From the IMG/VR virus record IMGVR_UViG_3300042554_002914: 64,000 bases of DNA; one strand, given 5' to 3'. The stretch is from a virus. Its lineage: Duplodnaviria; Heunggongvirae; Uroviricota; Caudoviricetes. The position numbers and the translations under genes were made by a program. Positions 35,382 to 45,101 of this stretch are shown here, piece by piece (positions within the stretch are counted from its first letter, which is position 1; every line of letters begins with the position of its first letter). A model generated the notes under the pieces. It made no database searches and was not told where the DNA came from. It was given only the letters and a program-made list of their open reading frames with translations.

Positions 35382-35690
35382 CTACCCAGCCAGCCAGCAC
35401 TCTTTGGCGTTTTCGAGGATGACGGCACCAGTATTCACAGCATGGGGCCATAAATCTATGGGCAAGTGATAGGTTATTTGTATTGGGACTCCTCTACTCC
35501 CCAAGTCCATCCCTGCAATAAACCAGTTTGGGTCACCAAAGGGGATCTCCCCGTCATGGTGTCTCAGGCTGATCCAACTTCTTTGGGGGTTGGAACGCAT
35601 CAGTGCCAAAAACAAAGCGTGCCGGTGCTCGTAGAGTTCGGCAAAAGTATGGTAGCCATCTGATTGGAGTTGGGTGCTTTCGTGTGTCAT
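35382..35690 (-). CDS. Conserved phage hypothetical protein
   Basis: SDGYHTFAELYEHR...WFIAGM...QITYHLP motif. Confidence 0.65.
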   Translation of the reverse strand: MTHESTQLQSDGYHTFAELYEHRHALFLALMRSNPQRSWISLRHHDGEIPFGDPNWFIAGMDLGSRGVPIQITYHLPIDLWPHAVNTGAVILENAKECWLAG

Positions 35691-35710
35691 GGTACTGCTG
35701 TAGTTTAAAT

Positions 35711-36034
35711 TTAAAGGAGGTTCCCCCTAAGGTATGCGATTGGTAGGGTAACTAAGCGATTTTGTAACTTCCCAAGGACAGAACATTCCCTAGTTACAAT
35801 TGCTTCTATTGCCATCCAGTTGTTGCATTCGATGGTCCACCCATTCATACCCTCAATCGGTACTGAAACCTTGAAAAACCATTCGGTCATGAACGGTGTG
35901 ATGTCCTCGGGTTCAGCAGCATCCGCAGTGATTACGGCTACCTGGCGCCCAGTTTCGTTGTCATACACGACTATACGGGCTTTGTAGGGGGTGTTTAAAA
36001 CAAGTTTTGCTGTTACCTTGCAGTTCTTAACCAT
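35711..36034 (-). CDS. Hypothetical protein
   Basis: Operon overlap. Confidence 0.5.
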   Translation of the reverse strand: MVKNCKVTAKLVLNTPYKARIVVYDNETGRQVAVITADAAEPEDITPFMTEWFFKVSVPIEGMNGWTIECNNWMAIEAIVTRECSVLGKLQNRLVTLPIAYLRGNLL

Positions 36035-36725
36035 TGGTTAACCCCTTGGCGTCGTCATACAAAGCAATGCCCCACCTCAGAGCCCAACAACACCATAGGA
36101 AATGATAGGTGTATTCCGTGCAGTCGTATTCATAAAAGTCCTGGAACAAGTTAGGGTGGGCACTATGAGTAAATTCATAGGCAGCCTGCTGAGCGACATA
36201 TTCATTGTCGTCTGCATAATATAGAATTTCATCTTCGACTTGCTGCCAGACATTGGCAATTAGTTTCTCCTTTTCGGAGCTACTATAGTCACCATCTCTC
36301 AAGCTTTCGGCCCAACTATCGAAACGATCCTTGATGTTTTCTTTGAAGATTCTGGGACTAAATTTGGATATGCCACTTCGCTTATCAATGGCTTGGAGCT
36401 TTTCTGCCCAGTAGCTGTAGCTGATTTGGTATCTATCGTGGCCCCCACGAAAGAACTCAAACATATCTGTCAAGCGACTAAACACATACGTGCCCATATC
36501 ACCATTATAGCACAGGGAACCTGGCCATGTGATGATGTCGAAATACTGGTTGTTAGTGTCAGGGCACTTAAAGCGTAGGTGACGGTGGGTACCTTCGTCT
36601 TTGATTATGGTTAGTTGGTGGTTAGCAACTTGCTTTTTGAATAGCTCAAGTTCCACCTTGTGGTCTTCAGGTAGTTGGGACATTTTGGGATAGAGGGATG
36701 GCATTGTTGGCTGAGGAGTTGCCAA
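36027..36725 (-). CDS. Conserved phage hypothetical protein
   Basis: FDIITWPGSL.YNGDMGTYVF.R..DMFEFFR motif. Confidence 0.7.
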   Translation of the reverse strand: MATPQPTMPSLYPKMSQLPEDHKVELELFKKQVANHQLTIIKDEGTHRHLRFKCPDTNNQYFDIITWPGSLCYNGDMGTYVFSRLTDMFEFFRGGHDRYQISYSYWAEKLQAIDKRSGISKFSPRIFKENIKDRFDSWAESLRDGDYSSSEKEKLIANVWQQVEDEILYYADDNEYVAQQAAYEFTHSAHPNLFQDFYEYDCTEYTYHFLWCCWALRWGIALYDDAKGLTNG

Positions 36726-36766
36726 TGGTATAGCATGGTGTAGGAGGGTATGGCAATTTACAGGTA

Positions 36767-37528
36767 CTAATCAGGAACCACCAGATCCCAACTCTCAGGA
36801 TAAAACCGGGGCTCGCGCCAATCTTTGATTATGCCATCGGGGCCAATGTTCAGAATGATGTAATCCCCAAACCCCTCATCCCCATGGCAAAGATAAGGGT
36901 CGGGAACGTAATAGTCCCTATACTTGAATAATCTGCGGGATGCACTACGCAACCAATACTCCCCTTCGTCACAAACTTTGTAATACACCCGTGCAGTCAC
37001 CCCTTCAGGCCAACCCATGACTTTACCATCGCTGAGTCGGATCGTAGGGACCCATAAGTCTCCATTACGGAAAGGTATCAAAATACCATCAATGTCCCTG
37101 TCGCCGTTAACATGAGCATCTTCCCAATATCTGACTTTGGCGGAAACTTCCAAGAATTTGGGCTTTTCTGGTACTGGTTGTTCCGGTACTGGCTGTTCCG
37201 GCACTAGCTGTTCTCTTTTTGTAATTCTTTCACCCAATATCCCCTTAGCCGCAACTAAAACGTGGGGCCAGGTCCTCTTGGGGTTGGTATCAATAGCAAT
37301 GTCCCCATGGTAGGGCAACCGCATCGTTTCCATCTGTGGTTCACCTAGGGGGATCACCTCAATAGTGTAACCTTCGCCGTCGTTTGTAAATGAGTTGAAT
37401 TTTGTTGCTTCTCCGGAATATAATGCTTCGGCCAAACAGTCGAGTAATGCAGCCAGAGACTGGCGGTCACCGACGATATAAGCAGAATCATGCCAAGCGT
37501 CTTGGCCGTAAATGTGTAGGGTGTCCAT
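36767..37528 (-). CDS. Hypothetical two-domain protein
   Basis: Two regions joined by a VPEQP repeat linker. Confidence 0.65.
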   Translation of the reverse strand: MDTLHIYGQDAWHDSAYIVGDRQSLAALLDCLAEALYSGEATKFNSFTNDGEGYTIEVIPLGEPQMETMRLPYHGDIAIDTNPKRTWPHVLVAAKGILGERITKREQLVPEQPVPEQPVPEKPKFLEVSAKVRYWEDAHVNGDRDIDGILIPFRNGDLWVPTIRLSDGKVMGWPEGVTARVYYKVCDEGEYWLRSASRRLFKYRDYYVPDPYLCHGDEGFGDYIILNIGPDGIIKDWREPRFYPESWDLVVPD

Positions 37529-37598
37529 GCTTGTGGGGTGTTTATGGTGGGATTAGCTAATTAGAATCGGAATTATTCCGGTTGCAGTTACCGAAAGT

Positions 37599-37627
37599 AT
37601 TATAGGGGAAGATCCAGCCAAAGTCAA
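37599..37627 (-). promoter_or_regulatory. Sigma70-type promoter
   Basis: TTGACT-N17-TATAAT, intergenic. Confidence 0.7.
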
Positions 37628-37664
37628 TGGCTTGACTGGCTTTTATGTTGTGCAGTGTAATTAT

Positions 37665-37724
37665 AGGGTCAGGGTCAGGGTCAGGGTCAGGGTCAGGGTC
37701 AAGGCCGAAGTCAAGGTCAAGGTC
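37665..37724. repeat. Hexamer tandem repeat (AGGGTC)x6 plus 4 degenerate units
   Basis: Seen directly, intergenic. Confidence 0.9.
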
Positions 37725-38124
37725 AAGAAAGAAGTTTGTTTGAAATTTCCGTCCGGAGGTTCAAGATGGGGGTTTGCATTTTGTACTCGATGGCTTTTGA
37801 TAGCGCCCCTAGTAGGCCATCCTTCAGTACAGCATCGATTGTAGTGGTTACCTGCTCGGAATTATCCTGAAGCCAAGTGGTGATCGCTTTTTCCATCATG
37901 GGCTGTACTTGTTCGGTTACAAGTTCTTGGAATAGGGATGGTTTCTTTTTATCTCTACCGTAGTAACTCGAAGAGGGAACAATTCGTTCTTCGAAAAATG
38001 ACTTTTCAATGGTTCTTTCTAGGAGTTCTTTCAAGTCGTCTTCTGAGAGAAGTTCTCCCATTGATTCACGGATGCGTTCAAACATTCGCTGTTGAAAAGT
38101 GTCTGCTTTTGTAAGTTCTGTCAT
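37723..38124 (-). CDS. Hypothetical protein
   Basis: 133-aa ORF. Confidence 0.65.
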   Translation of the reverse strand: MTELTKADTFQQRMFERIRESMGELLSEDDLKELLERTIEKSFFEERIVPSSSYYGRDKKKPSLFQELVTEQVQPMMEKAITTWLQDNSEQVTTTIDAVLKDGLLGALSKAIEYKMQTPILNLRTEISNKLLS

Positions 38125-38151
38125 TGTGGGTTTGGGGTGAGAAGGGTGTAG

Positions 38152-38445
38152 TTAGAAATCGGGATCAAGTTCTGTTGCGATGTCCATGAGTTTACTTCTC
38201 GTGGTATGACGCTGGAGACTTTGTGCTATTTCTGTCAGATTAAATTCGCCGGTAGCGTCATCATAAAAATCATTCGGTCTGGAATGCTCCCATAGGAGTT
38301 CCTGTTCTGTTAATACTCGGATAATAAACGCAACATGCCCACGGCATTCTTCACACGGCTTCACGCACGGGCCTGCAGACGCAGGGTATCGACGTTGGCA
38401 TAGTGCATTTACCAGGTCTTGGGCGGTAGGGGATAGGTCAGCCAT
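38152..38445 (-). CDS. LSP..IATEL paralog family member
   Basis: MADLSPTAQ...DIATELD. Confidence 0.6.
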   Translation of the reverse strand: MADLSPTAQDLVNALCQRRYPASAGPCVKPCEECRGHVAFIIRVLTEQELLWEHSRPNDFYDDATGEFNLTEIAQSLQRHTTRSKLMDIATELDPDF

Positions 38446-38605
38446 TGTGGGTTAACGGGGGGGGGTAGATTACTTAAGTCGGGGACTCTCTTTTTCGAGA
38501 CCCGCCGAAACGAACCAGACAAGTGCCATGAAGCCAAGGATAGGAGAGTTTGCTATGAACGACCCAACCAAGCTGATCGTGCCACAAAGGGTGTAGAGTT
38601 GCTTG

Positions 38606-38824
38606 TCAGTCATTTGATTCACCTGTTTCAACACGCAAATGGCGCACAGTGGGGTATCTCTCGGTAAGTTCTGCGGTCGCGCCACAGTGGGTGCAACTAT
38701 GCGGATACTCCACAGGGTCAGCCGGACATGCGACTTTACCATGGGATTTCATGGTCCCGATCCCGCACTTGTCGCATATGTATTCAACACCGACGACTTG
38801 GATTGGAAAGTTTCTTTCAGCCAT
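38606..38824 (-). CDS. Small Zn-ribbon protein
   Basis: CDKC...CTHC. Confidence 0.6.
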   Translation of the reverse strand: MAERNFPIQVVGVEYICDKCGIGTMKSHGKVACPADPVEYPHSCTHCGATAELTERYPTVRHLRVETGESND

Positions 38825-39323
38825 TGGGGCCCTCTAGATCGGTGGCAATGGCTCTGGGTTTTCGTTGCACAAAGTGGTGAAGATCGCCACCGGGCCAGAA
38901 CCTCTTTCTGTTGTTTAATGCCACCTCTTGTTCTTCATAAAAAGCATCTCTCCAGAAATCATTGCGAGGATCGTTGTGGAAGCCTTTGTATCCTCCGCGA
39001 TTCTCCCGATAGTATAGAGTCATTTTTGAAGCATACCATTCGTCAAACTCCCAAACTTCTCGGGCAGACATAGTAAACTTGCACTCGGGGATGTCGTTTG
39101 TTTTGACTCCCCAAACTCCGGTATATGCCTCAGGATTATTGTGCCATACGTCTCTGGCGCTTAGCCATTCTCCCGAAATAGCGCACCAACTTTCAATGGG
39201 GTGAAGACCGCCCATGGCCACTCGATAGTGGATGCAGGATGAACAGGGTGACATTAAATGGGGCCCTCCAACTCGGTGGCAATGGCAAGGATCTCGCGTC
39301 GAGTTTCGTACCTGGCCGACCAC
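38817..39323 (-). CDS. Hypothetical protein (start uncertain)
   Basis: Cys-containing ORF in operon. Confidence 0.45.
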   Translation of the reverse strand: MVGQVRNSTRDPCHCHRVGGPHLMSPCSSCIHYRVAMGGLHPIESWCAISGEWLSARDVWHNNPEAYTGVWGVKTNDIPECKFTMSAREVWEFDEWYASKMTLYYRENRGGYKGFHNDPRNDFWRDAFYEEQEVALNNRKRFWPGGDLHHFVQRKPRAIATDLEGPNG

Positions 39324-39514
39324 TTTGCGGCACCTACATCACGAGGTAAGCAGTCGTTTGCAACTGAAATATGTAGATCAATATCAGGCACCACCAAGTC
39401 TGCCAGGGCGCGGATAGCGGCGGCTATGGCTTCGCGTTGATGGTGTGGCTCTGGTTTTGCTTCTGCGTTGAACGCATTTAGTACTGCTTGCGCGGCAGGA
39501 GATAAGTCAGCCAT
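39254..39514 (-). CDS. LSP..IATEL paralog family member
   Basis: MADLSPAAQAVL...AIRALAD...ILAIATELE. Confidence 0.65.
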   Translation of the reverse strand: MADLSPAAQAVLNAFNAEAKPEPHHQREAIAAAIRALADLVVPDIDLHISVANDCLPRDVGAAKWSARYETRREILAIATELEGPI

Positions 39515-39845
39515 TGAGTCCCTCCAGTTCGTCAGCGATGGCGAGAATGTTCTTTTCAGTAATTCCAATATACTTGAGTTCCTGTGTAAGAGCACGAAGG
39601 GCGGCAGCCATACCCGCTGTATGCGGCCTATTATCGCGGTAAGCAATTAGTACCGCCTGCGCGGCAAGGGAGAGATTGCCCGTTGGTTTAGGGGTTGATT
39701 CGTTCATTTTCCTTAAAGGTTTAACAAATAGCTCGTGAGGCATAACATCATCCATTGGCGTTTCAGGGGGTTCGGTAGTTTCTGGAAACAATAGCCCCCC
39801 AGTTCGGGTGGTCAACAGAATTTTGCGAGGTTCAGATTCAATCAT
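39507..39845 (-). CDS. LSP..IATEL paralog family member
   Basis: LSLAAQAVL...AALRAL...ILAIADELE. Confidence 0.6.
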   Translation of the reverse strand: MIESEPRKILLTTRTGGLLFPETTEPPETPMDDVMPHELFVKPLRKMNESTPKPTGNLSLAAQAVLIAYRDNRPHTAGMAAALRALTQELKYIGITEKNILAIADELEGLNG

Positions 39846-40150
39846 TGGGGGTCGTGCATACTACTTTCAATTAGATCGGCAATTTTATCTTTGGTAAGAT
39901 GTGGAGGGCTCAAACGGATCATTTCAATCGCAAGGGACATCCCTTCGTCCATGGCATATTCGATTTGTTGTTTGATTAACGCCTTCACAAGTTGCGTTTG
40001 CTCCGGGGTGAACCCAGGTACGGATGTCCAGTCTATGTTGGGGGGTTAGTTGCCTCAAGCAATTGGAATAATTTTAAGGCTCTTTCTGTGTCAGTCATTG
40101 TTTCTAGGGTTGTACATAATGAATGAGTTTAACCATTAGGCGGTTGTTGC

Positions 40151-40558
40151 TCAAGATTCGTCCAAAATGTCAAGTTCGTAAATGCCAACAACTATCATTT
40201 TCTCTCCGTGGTGGTTTGAGGCTAAGTCGGAGATTTTGTGGATTGTTCTCCTAGTTAACTTCTTCACTTGGGCATAATGTGTAGCGGTTTGCACTTTGTT
40301 TGACCCTTGAAGAGTGAACATAAAATCCCTCCAAGGTTCCGTAGGAATAGGTACATTTGCTAGTAACTCATCGTCCTCTGCTGCCATTTCTTCGGTGTAA
40401 ACCACGGGATCTCCATCGGGGGTTTCCATGACATGTATCAATTCCAAAAGTTGCTCTTTTGTGAAGCTCCCGTCTAATGCGAGTGAGTTTGGCCCGTCCG
40501 GAGCAAACCAGTTATTTGAATGATCCGGGCGATTAGCAATTTCATTAAATTTTGTCAT
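40151..40558 (-). CDS. Hypothetical protein
   Basis: 135-aa ORF. Confidence 0.55.
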   Translation of the reverse strand: MTKFNEIANRPDHSNNWFAPDGPNSLALDGSFTKEQLLELIHVMETPDGDPVVYTEEMAAEDDELLANVPIPTEPWRDFMFTLQGSNKVQTATHYAQVKKLTRRTIHKISDLASNHHGEKMIVVGIYELDILDES

Positions 40559-40618
40559 TTTGCGTAGGGTTCGAACTGAGCGTTTGAGATTTTTTCGAGA
40601 GGGAGAGTCACCGTGCTG

Positions 40619-41137
40619 TCAACCCTGTGAATAAAGTTCTAGTTGTTGTCTTAGAAATTCTAAACCCCCGTTGATCTTATTGTAGGTATCTTCTATATCT
40701 AGAAAAATAAAGTATTCTACCTTATGTAGTTTTTCTGAAATGGAATCAACCTCGTCATTCAGGATTCTATAGCTGTCGGTCACTTTTTGAATGATTTCCT
40801 TAGGGGCTTTGGCCAGGAAATTAGTGTCCTCTAACCTACTCTTATCCTTGTTTCTTTTTATAATGGTTTTATTTAAGTTAACCTTGGCAGATTTAAATTC
40901 AGAATTGAATGATGATTCTTCTACGATTAAAGGGTCATCAAAACCATCACCCTCAGAGGGAGTTCTTATGAGACAATGATGTACACCGTTCTTTAAAAGA
41001 AAATGAGCATGTAATAGTTTTGGACTTAGGTCCGATAATACATTCCTCTCCAAGCTAACTCCAAACCCATCCTCAAAGGATTGGCTACAGATGTTAACGA
41101 TGTATGGCTTCATTGGGTGGGTTAAATAGCGAGGCAA
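40619..41137 (-). CDS. Protein with ValRS C-terminal coiled-coil-like segment
   Basis: SRLEDTNFLAKAPKEIIQK resembles the ValRS tRNA-binding arm. Confidence 0.5.
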   Translation of the reverse strand: MPRYLTHPMKPYIVNICSQSFEDGFGVSLERNVLSDLSPKLLHAHFLLKNGVHHCLIRTPSEGDGFDDPLIVEESSFNSEFKSAKVNLNKTIIKRNKDKSRLEDTNFLAKAPKEIIQKVTDSYRILNDEVDSISEKLHKVEYFIFLDIEDTYNKINGGLEFLRQQLELYSQG

Positions 41138-41321
41138 TCACATTGATGCAATCTGGGCAGGGGACAAGGCGACCTTCGTCCCTGACAGTATAAGCAGCGT
41201 GGTCGATGTCCACGAAAGGAAGGTCAAAGTTACTCAAGGGGAGGCCGCACCATGACTGCTTTGAGAGAGCCTCGTGAGTGTGTCGTATGCAGCGGATGTA
41301 TGAGGGTCGTGAAGTTTTCAC
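41094..41321 (-). CDS. Hypothetical Cys-containing protein
   Basis: SWCG...PCPDC. Confidence 0.55.
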   Translation of the reverse strand: MKTSRPSYIRCIRHTHEALSKQSWCGLPLSNFDLPFVDIDHAAYTVRDEGRLVPCPDCINVIASLFNPPNEAIHR

Positions 41322-41710
41322 TCTTCTTCCCCGTAGAAGTAAAGTTGGGGTTTCATGGCTTCTTCATACCGAGAATAGCCAATGAATTGGCCCGAATAGG
41401 CATCAACCCATGGTAAGATCCACTCAAAGAAGGCTTCGACTTCCTGACTATAGTTCTTAATGTCACCCTTTCCTAGAAGAGACCATTGCTTTGGAATTTC
41501 GTCGTATTCTAAGAATTTACAGTGCGTTCTCGGAGTGTAGTAGCTGCAATCAGAAAAGAGTCTGTGCCAACGGTCTGGGAACTCTATCAGTGCCTCGTCC
41601 GCCTCACTCTCTTCCAGTTTCCCGCACATTGCCTTGAGCACATGAATCACCTCGTCAGGGGTTTCCTGTTTGAGGTCCACATTCACATAGATTTCTGTGT
41701 ACATTCCCAT
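41318..41710 (-). CDS. Conserved phage hypothetical protein
   Basis: MGMYTE...IKNY..E.EAFFEWI.P...GYSRYEE. Confidence 0.7.
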   Translation of the reverse strand: MGMYTEIYVNVDLKQETPDEVIHVLKAMCGKLEESEADEALIEFPDRWHRLFSDCSYYTPRTHCKFLEYDEIPKQWSLLGKGDIKNYSQEVEAFFEWILPWVDAYSGQFIGYSRYEEAMKPQLYFYGEEE

Positions 41711-41992
41711 TTGTTTACTCTTCGTTGTTTATTTCGTTGTTGGCTAACTGCTTGGATTGCACCCGGCCGTAGCGTTTGCGGGCCCAGTGGGGGCAGGTAC
41801 GTCCCCAATCTGACTTAGTAGACCAGTCTAACTTTTCGCACAGTCCCGCTGAATTTTGATTTTTAGACTTTACGAAGCTAACGCAGGATCCGCAACTTTT
41901 GCTCATTGCCTTAGGGGTTTAGATGGGTGGGGTGTTGGGTCCGGTGGCACCGGCAATGCCCGTATACACCATGAGAAAAAGAAATGTTTCAA

Positions 41993-42388
41993 TCATTGCT
42001 TGTAAAGTTCAGACATAATCAATGGGCGGATAGTATTGTATTGGTCATTCTGGATCAGGAAGCGTAACATCTCCTCTTCCAAACCCTTAGTTACATCCTC
42101 AGCAATAGACGCTGCAAGTTTCTTTACGGCTTCAACTGCCGAAGCTCCATTATTTGCTTGAATCCCAGATGTTGAAAAAGTAACATCACGAGTAGTTTCT
42201 TTTCCGTTTAATTTCCACCTCGCCCGCAGTGTGCAATTATTGATAATAACTGAGGTGTTGTGCCAATGGTCTACAGCCACAGACAGGGAATTTTCCGGTG
42301 CGACTAAGTCTTTTGTGTATAGAGACAGGTAGTAATCAGAAAGCTCTTGCCATTCGGTAAGTTGTTGTAGCGGGGATTTGTCAGTCAT
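41993..42388 (-). CDS. Hypothetical protein
   Basis: 131-aa ORF. Confidence 0.55.
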   Translation of the reverse strand: MTDKSPLQQLTEWQELSDYYLSLYTKDLVAPENSLSVAVDHWHNTSVIINNCTLRARWKLNGKETTRDVTFSTSGIQANNGASAVEAVKKLAASIAEDVTKGLEEEMLRFLIQNDQYNTIRPLIMSELYKQ

Positions 42389-42563
42389 TGTTTAATGGGT
42401 GTGGAATAATGGGTGTGGAATTTTGTCGTATGGTAACCAGTGAGTGAGGCTGTATTGGTGTCGTGCCCCTATTTTTAGATTCGCGCTGTCGTACCGCATT
42501 AACTCCCAAAACCCATCATCGCAAAACACCCAGATTTCCATGAAGGGGGACATGCAATCGTTT

Positions 42564-43052
42564 TCAGGGTCGGGTAGCCGTGTAGTGAAGGGGATAGGGG
42601 TAGTCATTGCGGTTGAAAGTCTTGGCGGGTTGGGGGTTGGGTCCGGGCATAGCCTGCGGCGCCCGTCCCTGGTCGGGGGCTACGCCCCCTCCCGAAATTT
42701 TTGGGTTTAGCTCAGAGGCAATTTGCCTTAACTTCTCAACGATTGTCATTTCGCCTAAAGCCTCTAAATTCTCAAATGTCTCATTGAAGTACAGATTCTC
42801 GCCATTGGGGCCAATCCACGGGGTTCTAGATGGGTGAGGGCACAGGTGGTTTGCAGCGGCCAGGAAAGCCACAGCCAGAATCTCCCGGTTAGCATAGCAC
42901 GAACTGCACCCTTTCCAATCTCCATCCGACGGGTGGCAAGGCGGGTCGTTGACGTTGTCCCACTCCCAGAGGCACTGGGCTTTGGTTACTGCGTTGCAGA
43001 TTGATTCGGCAATTTGGTTCATTTCAGTTATACAACTTTCAGAAAGTGTCAT
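42564..43052 (-). CDS. Divergent LSP..IATEL family member reading through the hairpin element
   Basis: LAAANHL...LRQIASELN, then continues through the repeat. Confidence 0.5.
   Translation of the reverse strand: MTLSESCITEMNQIAESICNAVTKAQCLWEWDNVNDPPCHPSDGDWKGCSSCYANREILAVAFLAAANHLCPHPSRTPWIGPNGENLYFNETFENLEALGEMTIVEKLRQIASELNPKISGGGVAPDQGRAPQAMPGPNPQPAKTFNRNDYPYPLHYTATRP
42652..42702. repeat. Dispersed ~51-bp double-hairpin element, copy 2
   Basis: Matches 35310-35361. Confidence 0.85.
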
Positions 43053-43061
43053 TTATACAAC

Positions 43062-43307
43062 TTAAGATTCAAATAGGGTAATTTGATCAGGGTCAGCAAG
43101 CATGGCCTTTGGTGCTTTTACTTTTTCCGAAATTAGTTGCCGGTTAATCTCATCACACCATGTTTTATAAGGGTAATACTCCCTCAACCCAAACGGATAA
43201 GCCTCCCGGAGTTTGCTGCGGAGGATTTTCATGTCGGTAGTTCCAACTTCGGAGATAACACGGGAGATTATCGGAGCGGCTCGCTCTCGCCAGGTTAGGT
43301 ATTTCAT
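43062..43307 (-). CDS. Conserved hypothetical protein
   Basis: LREAYPFG.R..YPYK.W..E. Confidence 0.6.
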   Translation of the reverse strand: MKYLTWRERAAPIISRVISEVGTTDMKILRSKLREAYPFGLREYYPYKTWCDEINRQLISEKVKAPKAMLADPDQITLFES

Positions 43308-44473
43308 TGTAGGGTGAATTTATAAATTTCTTTTTTGGAGAGCCTAATGATTTGATTGTTTAGGGTTTCCACTGAGGGGACGATCGTGGTGTCATCCGAT
43401 ACCTTAATTCCGGACAAAACGACAGACCCGGCTCTGATTTTACGTCTGGCATCGCTAGTGCTTTTTACCAAGTTGAGTGTTTTAAGCAGGTTGGCTAGTG
43501 GTATGGGGAATGTAATGTCATTGAGAAGGGCGGTTGGCACGTTGCTGTCCGTAGGATCTGCCAGGCCAGAAAAGACGATGGACTCAGCACTCTGTTTGGC
43601 ATCTAAGGCTTTGTCCATGCCGTGAAAGGTCGCTGTAACTTCGATTGCCATTTGCCGTTGCTTTTCACGGGGGTTGGTAGGGAAATCCCCCGGCTCGCAA
43701 TCAGTAAGTAAAGTGATGAACTCATTGACGGCACTATCGGGAATTTTCTCCAGTTTGGAAAACATGTGGAGAGGGTGCTCGTTAATCCCGATGGTATTCC
43801 CAAGGCTTTTTGACATCTTTTGGTGGCCGTCGGTACCCACAAGAATGGGCATTAGTAGCCCGATTTGTTGCACTTCCGAGCCAAGTCCTCTTTGGATGGT
43901 TCGTCCGACACTGATGTTGAATTTCTGGTCAATGCCACCTAGTTCTACATCGGATTGGACAACAAAGCTATCGAAACCTTGCAACAACGGGTACATGAAT
44001 TCGTGTAGGCTAATTGGTGTTTCGTTTTTTAGACGGTTGGAAAAATCTTGCTTAGCCAGTAGCTGCTGCACAGTAATTAGAGACTGGAGCTTGATGATGT
44101 CGTTGAGTTGTAGCGATGCTAAGTGGGTGGAATTAAATATGATTTCGCATTTTTCTATGTCAAGGAATTTTCCCATAGTATCCAGAAAGGACTGCCCATT
44201 GGCGCTCACTACATCAGGGTCAAGTTGCGGGCGAGTTGTGTTTTTACCGGTTGGATCTCCGATCCTGGCAGTGAAATCACCAATAATTACAACCGGAGTA
44301 TGGCCATCTTGCTGGAAGGCACGGAGCTTTCTCAGAAGCACAGAATGCCCCAGGTGCAAAAAATCTGAAGTCGGATCGAATCCAAGCTTGATGCGTTTTG
44401 GTTGTGATAGGAATTGGTTTAGGTTGGTGGCAGGTAGTACATCAACGATGCTGCTTTGTATGGGTCTTATCAT
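43304..44473 (-). CDS. tyrS: Tyrosine--tRNA ligase
   Basis: KLGFDPT..LHLGH, YPLLQGFD, ELGG.DQKFN, KMSKS, C-terminal S4-like domain. Confidence 0.95.
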   Translation of the reverse strand: MIRPIQSSIVDVLPATNLNQFLSQPKRIKLGFDPTSDFLHLGHSVLLRKLRAFQQDGHTPVVIIGDFTARIGDPTGKNTTRPQLDPDVVSANGQSFLDTMGKFLDIEKCEIIFNSTHLASLQLNDIIKLQSLITVQQLLAKQDFSNRLKNETPISLHEFMYPLLQGFDSFVVQSDVELGGIDQKFNISVGRTIQRGLGSEVQQIGLLMPILVGTDGHQKMSKSLGNTIGINEHPLHMFSKLEKIPDSAVNEFITLLTDCEPGDFPTNPREKQRQMAIEVTATFHGMDKALDAKQSAESIVFSGLADPTDSNVPTALLNDITFPIPLANLLKTLNLVKSTSDARRKIRAGSVVLSGIKVSDDTTIVPSVETLNNQIIRLSKKEIYKFTLQ

Positions 44474-44479
44474 GTTCCT

Positions 44480-44508
44480 ATTATAGGTTTACTTAGGGGG
44501 CAAGTAAA
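44480..44508 (-). promoter_or_regulatory. Promoter for tyrS, probably leaderless
   Basis: TTTACT-N17-TATAAT ending 6 nt before the ATG. Confidence 0.55.
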
Positions 44509-44552
44509 GGGCGGATAACCGAACGTGCCTTGACCCCGTGTTGTAAACAGTT

Positions 44553-45080
44553 TTATATGCCCCGGAACCCTAGTCTGTAATCACGGTATTCGTCGTCATA
44601 ATAAAAACTACCAAAGTTATCAAGGTCTTGCAAGGTCTGAGATGGCCGCATTAGAACAGAGTTAAAGTAAGATCTGATTCTTAAAAGAGCATCATCTGTT
44701 AGGGAATGTTGTTTATGCAGAAGTTCACACAGGATCCTGTAATCCTTATCTTTCGCCAATGTTTCTGAAACTGCTGGGATATTTGTGCAACTATTAGCCA
44801 CAGCGTACCTCACCCTGGGTTCAGGGTCTTCGGCTAATTCTAGTATAATGTTCTCAGGGATGCCCATATACCACCATGCTACCTGCTCTCTTACTGAGTA
44901 TTCTGCATCCCTAGCTAGCCTCGTTAGCATCTCTTCGTCAACACGAGGGTTTTTAGCTGCAGAAGCTCTGACTAAGCTACATTGGTCTTTTGACAGTTCC
45001 CGTAAAACTTCTATATCTGGTGTATTTCTAGCCAGGTTCGTTTTGTGGGAAGTATCCGGGCGGAGTTGGTGGTTTGTCAC
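44553..45080 (-). CDS. HEAT/leucine-rich-variant repeat protein
   Basis: Repeated L..D....VR..vA.N units. Confidence 0.7.
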   Translation of the reverse strand: MTNHQLRPDTSHKTNLARNTPDIEVLRELSKDQCSLVRASAAKNPRVDEEMLTRLARDAEYSVREQVAWWYMGIPENIILELAEDPEPRVRYAVANSCTNIPAVSETLAKDKDYRILCELLHKQHSLTDDALLRIRSYFNSVLMRPSQTLQDLDNFGSFYYDDEYRDYRLGFRGI

Positions 45081-45101
45081 GATTGGGGTTCTCTTATAGT
45101 T

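Noticed and set aside
43674-44486. 270-aa ORF antisense to tyrS
   Set aside because: Codon-register shadow, no recognisable motifs
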